This document shows positions 1 through 7,682 of a DNA stretch of 20,000 nucleotides, piece after piece. Within the stretch, counting starts at the first letter, position 1. Each line of letters starts with the position of its first letter. Where the stretch lies: the IMG/VR virus record IMGVR_UViG_3300020047_004730; one strand, given 5' to 3'. Both the position numbers and the translations under genes were made by a program. The notes below the pieces were generated by a model. That model was not told the origin of the DNA, did not search any database, and worked only from the letters and a program-made list of their open reading frames with translations. Source of the stretch: an uncultured virus (IMG/VR IMGVR_UViG_3300020047_004730). Taxonomy: Duplodnaviria > Heunggongvirae > Uroviricota > Caudoviricetes > Crassvirales.

Positions 1-3000
1 TTAGCAGCAGGCTTAACTTCAGTAACAACTTCTTGTTTAGCTACAGTTGGTGTCGCTTTTTCTACTTTCGTAGTAGTAGCAGTTTTAGTTGCAGGCAACA
101 AAGGAGTTATTTTTGCATCGTACTTATTGTATATTTCGTTATACTTAGCTAAAACATCAGCTGGCATAGATTCCTTGTTTATCTCACCATCGACTTTGTA
201 TTCCTCTATATTAGGTATAGCTTCATTTAACTCTTGCTGTTCTTGAGCTCTTAAAGTTTTTACTTTTTCGCTATTGGTAGCCTCCTTGCTTTTAGAAGTC
301 TCCTTAACGTACTTTGTCTCTACTTCTTTGTATACAGTATCAAAGTCAGCTTGCTCTACAGTTCCAATCTCATTTTCTCTTTGCTTTATAGCTAAATCCA
401 TAGCTATGTCACCAGTAAACTTAGCTGTTGTTCCAAATCTATCTGTTACCGTTACAGCCGCAAGATTACCTGCATCATCAAATTCAAAGTCTCCTTCATT
501 TATCTTCATCGTAGGAGTGTCTAGAACAACAGTTTCACCGTTATCCATTACAGCCTCTGTTCTGCCTTTGTTTGATTTAAAGGTAGCAGGAACTCCGTTT
601 ACTTCTGCTGTTTGTCCTTCGAAGAATTTTTCTGCGCTGATTTTAGCTGTAGCAGCTTGTTTAGCAACTGGAGCTGTGCCTCTTTGGGTAACAGCGATAG
701 TTTCAGTCTTTGTTCTAAATTCATAGTTGTCTAGTTGTTCTGCTATATTCATTAATTTTTCAGACAAAGATTTCTTGGTCTGATCAGAATAATTTGCATC
801 GTTATTAATTGATTCTACTTCACTAAATATCGTATCTATAGTTGAATTAATTTCTGAATCGTTAATGTATTCAGCGTTATTCATCTTAGCCATTACGCTA
901 TCTATAGTACCACCTATTCTCTCGTTTGATCCTAGTTCTGAAATATAATTACTTACTTCTTGTGTTGCCTTAGCACCGAGTTCTTTTACACTTATGCTTT
1001 CGACAGCGCTATCGCCAGTATTTGCTTCATTGACCGTGGCTTCCCGTTGGATCCCTTCTCCTTGCCCGACTTTTTGTTGTCCTTCACTAGTTCCCTGATA
1101 TTCGACTGTACTACCTTCTGTTGTACCTTCTTGTTGCTGGATGTTGTCTTTTTTATTGGCATCTTCTGATATTTGTGTTAGTTTATTGTTTATTTCTGAT
1201 ATTCTAGCTTTTTGTACTGAAACAAGACTCTCATCTTTACCTGAAATTTCATTTTCTAATCTTTGTTTTTCAGCCAATAACTTAAATGATTCTGTCTTAT
1301 CAGTTACATTAGCTGGAATCTTATCAAGCAAACCTATAGAAGAATTTAATTCATCTATTTGATCTTTAGCTTGCTCTACTGTAATCTGATTATTTAAAAT
1401 TTTTGTCTTTAAATCATTTTCAAATACAGTTTTTACATTTGGATCATTTATTATTTTCTCTAATGTATTTATTTGATTTGCAGTTCTAACTTCCTTAGCA
1501 GTACTTATAGCCTGAGTAGTAGAAGACATTATCGTTCCTCCAAGAAGTCCTAGCTTATAGCTTTCAGACATTCTATCTACTATCTCTGGAAATGAAGGAT
1601 TTTTAAATACCTCTTGATCTTTCATTTCATTGTATGCATACTTTATCCCAATATCACCTAATTCCTGTAAGGCTTCAGTAGACGCTTCAACATTACCTTT
1701 AGCTGACAAGCTTATTACTCCCTTTGCAATTAATGCATTCACGTTAGTCTTTACAGCCTTATCTACCATTTCTTCAGTAGCATCCTTAGGTAAATCCTTA
1801 AATGCTTTTGCCATTATATATGATGTGAGATTAACACCAGCTGGACTCTTAGAAAACCATTTAGACATACCCAAAGACTCTAGCTTGGAAGATATATATC
1901 CATATCCACCACTTAATAATATCTTATCAGCTTCATCTATACCTGCAGTATCTGGGTCTGAATTTATTTGATCTTTAAAGTTTAAGTATGAGTTAGCAAA
2001 CAATCCTAATTGTTGAGGATTTAGAACAGCTTTTTTACCAAGTTGTTTCATTATCTCAATCCCTCCTTGTCTCCAAAATGATGATGTAGCAACAGATCCA
2101 ACAGCTCCTCCTATAGGCATAGAAGCTGCAGCACCTATTGATTCAGCCATTCCAGCCAATACTTTTTCAACATCAGATAATTTTGCACTTTTTGTATACT
2201 CATCAGACATTATTCCGGGAAGAAGATCTTGCCATGCATCATTTCTTGACACTGACTCATCATATATTCTTTTACCATTTATGTCATATGTAGGGGTCTT
2301 AGTGTAATCATCGATTTGCTTTAACATCTTAGGAAGGCTTACAAATCCACTAGCAAAACTAGAAATTATATTACTAGCCATGTCGCCTCTTAATTCTTTT
2401 GGAGTTGATGCCTCACCGATAATCTTTTCCATGGAATCATTATTTTCCATTATAGTTTTAGATTCATCGACAAGATTATCATATCTTTCCTTTAGCTGTA
2501 GCTTATTAGTTTTGTATGACTCATCATTTGTTATTTCATCATATTTTTCTTTAGTTATCTGACCTGAAACATATAAATTTTTTAACTCTTCATCTGTCTC
2601 TTGTTGTTTTTTCAAGTCATCCTTAAATACAACAGAATTAGATACAAATCTTGTTATATTTTGTTGTGTATCTTCCCTAACGTCAGTGGCATTTTTCTTA
2701 CCATACATTGCCATTGCATTATAATTATTTTGCAATGCATATCCTTTTCTGTAAAATTCTTGTTCTTTTATTTTAGAGTCAGTATCTGAAATTTCTTTTT
2801 CTATTTCATATGACGGTCTGCCAGCTGGATTTTTTAATTCATCAACTAGGTATCTTCTTTTTTCAACTAGATTATTATAGTCTCTAAATTCAAGATTGGA
2901 TTTTATAAATGACTTAAATATTTCTTTTTCATTTTCTGTTCCATCTAAGTCTATTACGATATCTTGAAGAGTTTTTTTGTTCGTTATTTTCAACATGTTA

Positions 3001-3656
3001 CCCATGCCAGCTTCTTCGAAATCAAATAAATCATATCCAATATCTTTAAAGCTTCTAGATAATTCATATACAGATTCTTCTTCTGATTTATTAACGTACT
3101 TAGATGCAGCTTCTGATATCTTATCTATCTTTTTTCTTTCTACTACAATAGGGTCATCATTCTCCATTACATTGAATGACTTTTTAAACAAATCTTGAGC
3201 TTGTTTTTGATCTACTGTAGCGTTCTTTTTTTCTTTCTGAATATCTGGTGTAGACGTAAATTTTAATTCAAGATTTTTCTCATAATCTGAATCAAATAAT
3301 TTTTTAGAATTTTTCTCTAAATTTGAAATTCTTTTATCAACATCTCCTTTATATAGTTTGATAAAATTTCCAGATCTATTTGTATCTACAAACCATTCAT
3401 TGCCCTTCTTTTTGTATACAGAGAACTCATTACCGGGAAATGAATATAATCCTTCAGGCTTTCCTCCAGAAGAAACCGAAGGCTTTTGCTCCTTCTTGGC
3501 TGGAGTAACCGATGAAGTAGGTTTTTGACCTGATGGAGAAAGTGATGCCGTAGGTTCTTTTTTTTTTACAGCATCTTCACTTGAGTATTTTTCCCAAGGT
3601 TTCTTATCTTCTGTTTGTTGAGAATATTTTTCCCAAGGTTTTTTTTCTTCTGACAT
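1..3656 (-). CDS. Giant internal virion (cargo/ejection) protein, >1218 aa, 3' end beyond the window
   Basis: ATG at 3656 (MSEEKKPWEKYSQQTEDKKPWEKYSS...). The frame reads open to the window edge (...QEVVTEVKPAA), which explains its absence from the ORF track. Coiled-coil-like K/E-rich stretches, Gly/Ala hydrophobic segments (LAGMAESIGAAASMPIGGAVGSVA) and EASTEALQE. Lies after two smaller ejection-type genes. Confidence 0.88.
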   Translation of the reverse strand, partial: MSEEKKPWEKYSQQTEDKKPWEKYSSEDAVKKKEPTASLSPSGQKPTSSVTPAKKEQKPSVSSGGKPEGLYSFPGNEFSVYKKKGNEWFVDTNRSGNFIKLYKGDVDKRISNLEKNSKKLFDSDYEKNLELKFTSTPDIQKEKKNATVDQKQAQDLFKKSFNVMENDDPIVVERKKIDKISEAASKYVNKSEEESVYELSRSFKDIGYDLFDFEEAGMGNMLKITNKKTLQDIVIDLDGTENEKEIFKSFIKSNLEFRDYNNLVEKRRYLVDELKNPAGRPSYEIEKEISDTDSKIKEQEFYRKGYALQNNYNAMAMYGKKNATDVREDTQQNITRFVSNSVVFKDDLKKQQETDEELKNLYVSGQITKEKYDEITNDESYKTNKLQLKERYDNLVDESKTIMENNDSMEKIIGEASTPKELRGDMASNIISSFASGFVSLPKMLKQIDDYTKTPTYDINGKRIYDESVSRNDAWQDLLPGIMSDEYTKSAKLSDVEKVLAGMAESIGAAASMPIGGAVGSVATSSFWRQGGIEIMKQLGKKAVLNPQQLGLFANSYLNFKDQINSDPDTAGIDEADKILLSGGYGYISSKLESLGMSKWFSKSPAGVNLTSYIMAKAFKDLPKDATEEMVDKAVKTNVNALIAKGVISLSAKGNVEASTEALQELGDIGIKYAYNEMKDQEVFKNPSFPEIVDRMSESYKLGLLGGTIMSSTTQAISTAKEVRTANQINTLEKIINDPNVKTVFENDLKTKILNNQITVEQAKDQIDELNSSIGLLDKIPANVTDKTESFKLLAEKQRLENEISGKDESLVSVQKARISEINNKLTQISEDANKKDNIQQQEGTTEGSTVEYQGTSEGQQKVGQGEGIQREATVNEANTGDSAVESISVKELGAKATQEVSNYISELGSNERIGGTIDSVMAKMNNAEYINDSEINSTIDTIFSEVESINNDANYSDQTKKSLSEKLMNIAEQLDNYEFRTKTETIAVTQRGTAPVAKQAATAKISAEKFFEGQTAEVNGVPATFKSNKGRTEAVMDNGETVVLDTPTMKINEGDFEFDDAGNLAAVTVTDRFGTTAKFTGDIAMDLAIKQRENEIGTVEQADFDTVYKEVETKYVKETSKSKEATNSEKVKTLRAQEQQELNEAIPNIEEYKVDGEINKESMPADVLAKYNEIYNKYDAKITPLLPATKTATTTKVEKATPTVAKQEVVTEVKPAA
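992..1162 (-). CDS. Nested (+1 frame) 56-aa basic protein MPIKKTTSSNKKVQQKVVQSNIRELVKDNKKSGKEKGSNGKPRSMKQILAIALSKA
   Basis: Hand translation: ATG at 1162-1160, TAA at 994-992. Resembles the small phage proteins of pattern MPLKKG...SENIRE...KQAVAIALSKA (DUF6496-like, from memory). A-rich upstream sequence. Local GC about 45% versus about 30% at 1201-1320. Confidence 0.7.
   Translation of the reverse strand: MPIKKTTSSNKKVQQKVVQSNIRELVKDNKKSGKEKGSNGKPRSMKQILAIALSKA
3454..3567 (-). other. A10 slippery run (3558-3567) and -1 frame extension KKKRTYGITFSIRSKTYFIGYSSQEGAKAFGFFWRKA*
   Basis: Zero frame reads GTA AAA AAA AAA GAA. The -1 frame is bounded by TGA at 3579-3577 and TGA at 3456-3454 and has no start codon. 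The zero frame over this stretch is S/P/T/K low-complexity. Confidence 0.6.
3586..3641 (-). repeat. 17-bp direct repeat, 39 nt apart, encoding tandem KKPWEKYS motifs
   Basis: tatttttcccaaggttt at 3586-3602 and 3625-3641. Confidence 0.9.
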
Positions 3657-3659
3657 AGA

Positions 3660-5222
3660 TTAATTTTTTTTCCAATTTTTCTTATCTGCAGGATCTCCAC
3701 CTAGAAATGTATATCCTTCTACCGAATCACCCTTTTTAGGTGTTTTACCGCCTGTACTTGTTTCTCCTGTATTCGTATTCGTGCTGCCTCCCGGTTTGTA
3801 GTAGTAATCACCGTAAAGTTTCTTGTAATCATCTTTTCCTTTATGATACAATGGAACATTACCTTTCACGTTTTTCAAGTACTGAGTCATTCCATCAGGA
3901 CTGTATATTCTTACTTTTTGATTAGCAGGCTTAATTTTACCATTACCAACGTCTATTTTTTCATCAATTACAACATAAGGATTTCCATCTTTGTCTTTAT
4001 ACCAGTTGAATGTATAGTTGTCAGTATCGAATCCTGCAAAATTTCCTTTAGAAAGAGCGTCAGCTGATGCCGTATATGCGTTAATAGCTACTTTCTGGTC
4101 GTCAGTACCTCCACCTCCACCACTGCTTGAATACGGCTGAGGTGCACTAGCTTGAATCTTAGTTTCAATCTGGTAGTCAATCTCTTTAGCAACTCTCTCT
4201 TTAGCTGCAGTCAGTTGATCGTTCGTAAGTACTGGAATCATTTCTCCAGCTGCATTCTTTTCAAACTTAATAAATGACATTTCAATTTTCTTCTTGTCAT
4301 CATCAGTAAATTTCTTTCCTGCTGCTTCGTATTCAGCCTTTGCTTTAGATAGCTCCTTAGATAGCATTGCATCTTTTTCGCTATCTTTTGAGTAGTAGTT
4401 TGCTGAATTAATAACGCCATTATCAACTAGTATACTAAGTGCTGACTTTGGGTTTGACGTTACTGCATTAGCAACATTTATCTGCATGAACTTATAATCA
4501 TCTTGATTTTTAATGCTTGAAACTGTTTTTTCACCACCTCTACCAAGCATAGTCCATTCATCTACACTCTTCCAGTTTCCAATAGCTCCATCAACAACTG
4601 AGCCAATGTCTACTCGATTTATCTGAAGGTTTTCTGGACGAGCAAAGTCACGGTAATCAATAAGTTCACCTACTGGATTTCCTGATGCGTCTGTCTCTTG
4701 TAAGTACATAGATCCATCATTACCCAATACCATCTTCTTGTTATTCAAGTCAGCCATCTTAAGGTATTCATTCATGTAGAATGACTCTCCGTCAGATGCT
4801 GCAACTACTCCATTAGCATCTGGAGTAAGTCTGTCTTGATAAAGCTTGAATCTTTCATCAGCTGTCTTTGCTTGGTCAGCAAAATTACTCCAGTATTCCT
4901 GTGCGTTTGCAAGAGTCTTCTTATAATCTGCAGTTGATATTTCTCTATTGTATAGCTTCTTCTTTAAATCAAGAGCCATCTTCTTGTACTTATCAGCTCC
5001 ATCAATAACGAAGTTCGTTAGCGTCTGCTTTTCAAGATTTAATGGTTTGTTTAATTTAGTAAGCGTATCTGAATATTGAGTTTCAATTTCTTCAATTGCC
5101 TTATCCCTATTCTTACCTATCTGAGATACTTCAGCTCCTAACTTAGAGGTTAGTGCAGCCCAATCTACATTGGATCCACGATCTCTATATTCTATATTTT
5201 GTAGTGTACTTTGTCCTGCCAT
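3660..5222 (-). CDS. Putative internal virion/ejection protein (520 aa)
   Basis: Helical N-terminus, Gly/Ser linker (SSSGGGGGT) and C-terminal mini-domain KGDSVEGYTFLGGDPADKKNWKK. Lies between the pilot-like gene and the giant gene. Confidence 0.75.
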   Translation of the reverse strand: MAGQSTLQNIEYRDRGSNVDWAALTSKLGAEVSQIGKNRDKAIEEIETQYSDTLTKLNKPLNLEKQTLTNFVIDGADKYKKMALDLKKKLYNREISTADYKKTLANAQEYWSNFADQAKTADERFKLYQDRLTPDANGVVAASDGESFYMNEYLKMADLNNKKMVLGNDGSMYLQETDASGNPVGELIDYRDFARPENLQINRVDIGSVVDGAIGNWKSVDEWTMLGRGGEKTVSSIKNQDDYKFMQINVANAVTSNPKSALSILVDNGVINSANYYSKDSEKDAMLSKELSKAKAEYEAAGKKFTDDDKKKIEMSFIKFEKNAAGEMIPVLTNDQLTAAKERVAKEIDYQIETKIQASAPQPYSSSGGGGGTDDQKVAINAYTASADALSKGNFAGFDTDNYTFNWYKDKDGNPYVVIDEKIDVGNGKIKPANQKVRIYSPDGMTQYLKNVKGNVPLYHKGKDDYKKLYGDYYYKPGGSTNTNTGETSTGGKTPKKGDSVEGYTFLGGDPADKKNWKKN

Positions 5223-5236
5223 AATATATCTATAAC

Positions 5237-5983
5237 TTAGTTATATCCACCTAATCCAGCAGGTGCTCCTGCATTCCATAAATAATCTCCAGCTAGATTG
5301 CTTGCACCCACTACAGGCGCTCCATAGTTAGATGTTACACTTCCAGAGTAATTAGCTACTGGATTACTGTATGCTTTCTTAAATGATTTGCGTGAAATAT
5401 TAGATTCATCCTTATCTTTCTTATACTTATATCTTCCTGTTGCTGGGTCAAAGTCTCCAGCTGCTGCTCCAATACCTGCTGCTGCAGCTCCTACCATTCC
5501 AGAAATTGCGTCATTCCTATTTGCTGAAGCTGTATTGAATTGAGTATTGGCTTGACCTATCTCATATCCTGCAGCTTCTTCTTGACGTCTTACTGCATCC
5601 TGACCAATTCTTGATTGCTCATTAGCCTTCAATAAGTCAGTCTGTGCATTAATTTCTCCTTGCTGTTGTGCAGCCTGAAGATTTGCCTCTTGTCCTGCCT
5701 GAACTAAGTTGGTTACACCCCCAATAGCTCCCTCAGCTCCGGTCTGAGATAGTGCATCAACTCCTTGAGACATAGCTCTTTGAGTTCTATCAAATTGTAA
5801 TGATGAAATATCTGGTGCTTGCAATGAAGCTAGAGCATTCTGCTCTGTAATATTTTTGTATCCTTGAAGTGCTGCATTTGATTTTGCTTGAGCTTCTTTC
5901 ATACGTCTGCCCTCTTGGACAGCCTGAATAGCACTCATGCCTAAACCTGCTAAAGATACACCTGCTGAAATAAGTCCGAACAT
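5237..5983 (-). CDS. Putative ejection/pilot-type internal virion protein (248 aa)
   Basis: Hydrophobic Gly/Ala N-terminus (MFGLISAGVSLAGLGMSAIQA), Q/A-rich coiled coil and a second Gly/Ala segment (GMVGAAAAGIGAAAG), typical of podovirus DNA-injection proteins. Confidence 0.75.
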   Translation of the reverse strand: MFGLISAGVSLAGLGMSAIQAVQEGRRMKEAQAKSNAALQGYKNITEQNALASLQAPDISSLQFDRTQRAMSQGVDALSQTGAEGAIGGVTNLVQAGQEANLQAAQQQGEINAQTDLLKANEQSRIGQDAVRRQEEAAGYEIGQANTQFNTASANRNDAISGMVGAAAAGIGAAAGDFDPATGRYKYKKDKDESNISRKSFKKAYSNPVANYSGSVTSNYGAPVVGASNLAGDYLWNAGAPAGLGGYN

Positions 5984-5998
5984 AGTGAAGATTTTAAC

Positions 5999-6015
5999 GC
6001 AAAGATAGTTAAATT
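5999..6015 (-). promoter_or_regulatory. Bacteroidota sigma70-type -7 promoter element (TATCTTTG) upstream of the ejection-protein genes
   Basis: Minus strand reads AATTTAACTATCTTTGC, an identical 17-mer to 6755-6771. Intergenic and matches TAnnTTTG. Confidence 0.8.
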
Positions 6016-6025
6016 TACCTTATCA

Positions 6026-6751
6026 TTAAGGATTTGACTTAAAAACATTTGAACTGATTTCAAATATCTCTACCTCGTCTTCTGAACTATTGGTTATTGT
6101 TACCTCCATCCATGCGCCACGAGCACCAAAACTCTCAGCCTGACTGGCTTTAACGTACACGATCAAGTCAGAAGATGCTGGTGCGCTGATTTCCGACACG
6201 AGAGTTATGGACTGAGCGTCATGTGAGGCTACCATTCCAACTAAAATTAGTGCGCCACCAACTACCTTGTAGATTGCATCTCCCTGACTGATCGATGTAC
6301 CAATATTAAAGTCAAAAGAAATTACAGGATTAGAGTATGAATCAACCTCCCCAATTCCTTGAGTTGATAATGCCCTATTGTCCCCGTCTCCAGAGTTACG
6401 TCTTATAAAGGCAAACCAATGTCCTTCCTTTTGAACGAACCAATCCTTATCAATTATTCCAGTATTTAAGTCTGTTGTTGCTGATAAATCCCAAACGTCG
6501 TTACTCTCCAATGAGATAGTCTTGAACATCTTAAGTGTTGTCGGCTCTTGATTAAAGAGCATTGTTATAGAAGAGTCATACTTAATATCGTAAAACTCAT
6601 TTCTAGTAGAATTAGAATCGTGCTTGTAAAGGCTTCCATCCTTCCATGTGTAGAATGTATTATTCATTCCAGTCATCCAGTCAGGAATAAAGGACCAAAA
6701 AGAGGTCCAGCCATTACCCGTTGGTGAATATGATATAGTCTTATCTGCCAT
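6026..6751 (-). CDS. Tail structural protein; stand-alone equivalent of the muzzle/stabilisation protein C-terminal domain (241 aa)
   Basis: TISYS..GWTSFWSFIPDWM...NNTFYT.K.G.LYKH, RNEFY, KMFKTISLES, F.QKEG.WFA.I and GARG.WM motifs recall the C-terminus of crAss-like stabilisation proteins. Confidence 0.75.
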   Translation of the reverse strand: MADKTISYSPTGNGWTSFWSFIPDWMTGMNNTFYTWKDGSLYKHDSNSTRNEFYDIKYDSSITMLFNQEPTTLKMFKTISLESNDVWDLSATTDLNTGIIDKDWFVQKEGHWFAFIRRNSGDGDNRALSTQGIGEVDSYSNPVISFDFNIGTSISQGDAIYKVVGGALILVGMVASHDAQSITLVSEISAPASSDLIVYVKASQAESFGARGAWMEVTITNSSEDEVEIFEISSNVFKSNP

Positions 6752-6771
6752 AATGCAAAGATAGTTAAATT
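6749..6771 (-). promoter_or_regulatory. -7 promoter element immediately before the ATG (probable leaderless mRNA)
   Basis: Minus strand reads TTG-N18-TATCTTTG-CATT-ATG. ACTATCTTTGCATTATG is identical to 16075-16091. Confidence 0.8.
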
Positions 6772-7682
6772 AAACAAGTATCAACCGACTGAACTAAGTC
6801 AAAGTATTTCTTCGAGCAGTGTTCATCCGAAAGCTCTAGCTCAATTCCATACGGTAGCTTGTCAATATAATCAGCCTTAAAGAACATTCCCCTATTTGGA
6901 CCAGACACCCCAGCATTATGGAAGAACGCATGTTCGTCCCATCTGTCAGTATGGCATGTAGCCCAGCTAAAGTTAAATTCTTTCGGACATACTGTCTTGT
7001 ATCCATTCTTCCATGCAGTCCAAAGTTCAGCCCACATTGATGCCGTCCATATCTGTATTCCGTACTGATGCCCCTCTGGCTTGATGTGAGCGACTTTCTT
7101 TAGAAGTTGGTATAGATTTACTGAATGAGCGTTTACCTCCCTCCAGTAGTCCTTATTTACGTTCTTCATTAACTTCTGTGCGCCACCTGAATTCTTCTCG
7201 TTAGACTCAACTAACGAACGATTGATTCCTATGGTCTGGCACATCATGTCAAGTACTGCCGAACCTTTGCTTTTAATATACTCCGATCCGATGTAACTTA
7301 CCGTATCACTGAAGTACCAAATGTCGTCCTGCAGGAATGGAGTGAAGTCGAAATATTTTGTGAATAAGAAGTCTGCATCATGGAAAAACAAGGCGCACTC
7401 AGATAAGTATGGGTGCAGTTCGAAGTGTTTATATAAAATTGCACTCTGCATGGCTGGTGCGTATTCACAATCATAATACTCGTATACGTGAATTTCCACG
7501 TCAGGGAATGCTTGTTTTAACACCGTCCATGACTTATCAACTCCAGAGCTTGACGTGTACCCTCCAAGTACAATAATATCTTCTGGATTATATCCCAGTC
7601 GAATGAACTGGGTTAAATATACCTCAACCTGCCAAGCATAATACTGAGTGGCAGGTTGAGCGCTAATTAGTTTTAACTGCAT
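6765..7682 (-). CDS. GT-A fold glycosyltransferase, HPAT/SERGT1 (GT95/GT96)-like (305 aa)
   Basis: Ordered motifs YYAWQ, EYAPAMQSAILYKHF, FFHDADFLF (DxD), GGAQKLM, WTASMWAELWTAW and FFHNAG parallel the YxxWQ, YxxxNKP, DxD, WxxEMY and late His motifs of plant protein O-glycosyltransferases. Overlaps the upstream gene by 10 nt. Confidence 0.75.
   Translation of the reverse strand: MQLKLISAQPATQYYAWQVEVYLTQFIRLGYNPEDIIVLGGYTSSSGVDKSWTVLKQAFPDVEIHVYEYYDCEYAPAMQSAILYKHFELHPYLSECALFFHDADFLFTKYFDFTPFLQDDIWYFSDTVSYIGSEYIKSKGSAVLDMMCQTIGINRSLVESNEKNSGGAQKLMKNVNKDYWREVNAHSVNLYQLLKKVAHIKPEGHQYGIQIWTASMWAELWTAWKNGYKTVCPKEFNFSWATCHTDRWDEHAFFHNAGVSGPNRGMFFKADYIDKLPYGIELELSDEHCSKKYFDLVQSVDTCLI

Noticed and set aside
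274..3198. Plus-strand ORFs 274-726, 960-1169, 1141-1362, 1630-1971, 2380-2562, 2601-2789, 2977-3198
   Set aside because: Antisense shadows of the giant minus-strand gene. S/L/F-rich composition is expected from reverse-complemented K/E codons.
4238..4426. Same-strand alternative-frame ORFs at 4238-4426, 14733-14945 and 19523-19744
   Set aside because: Typical off-frame shadows with no recognisable motif, and the host frame looks like normal folded protein, unlike 992-1162.
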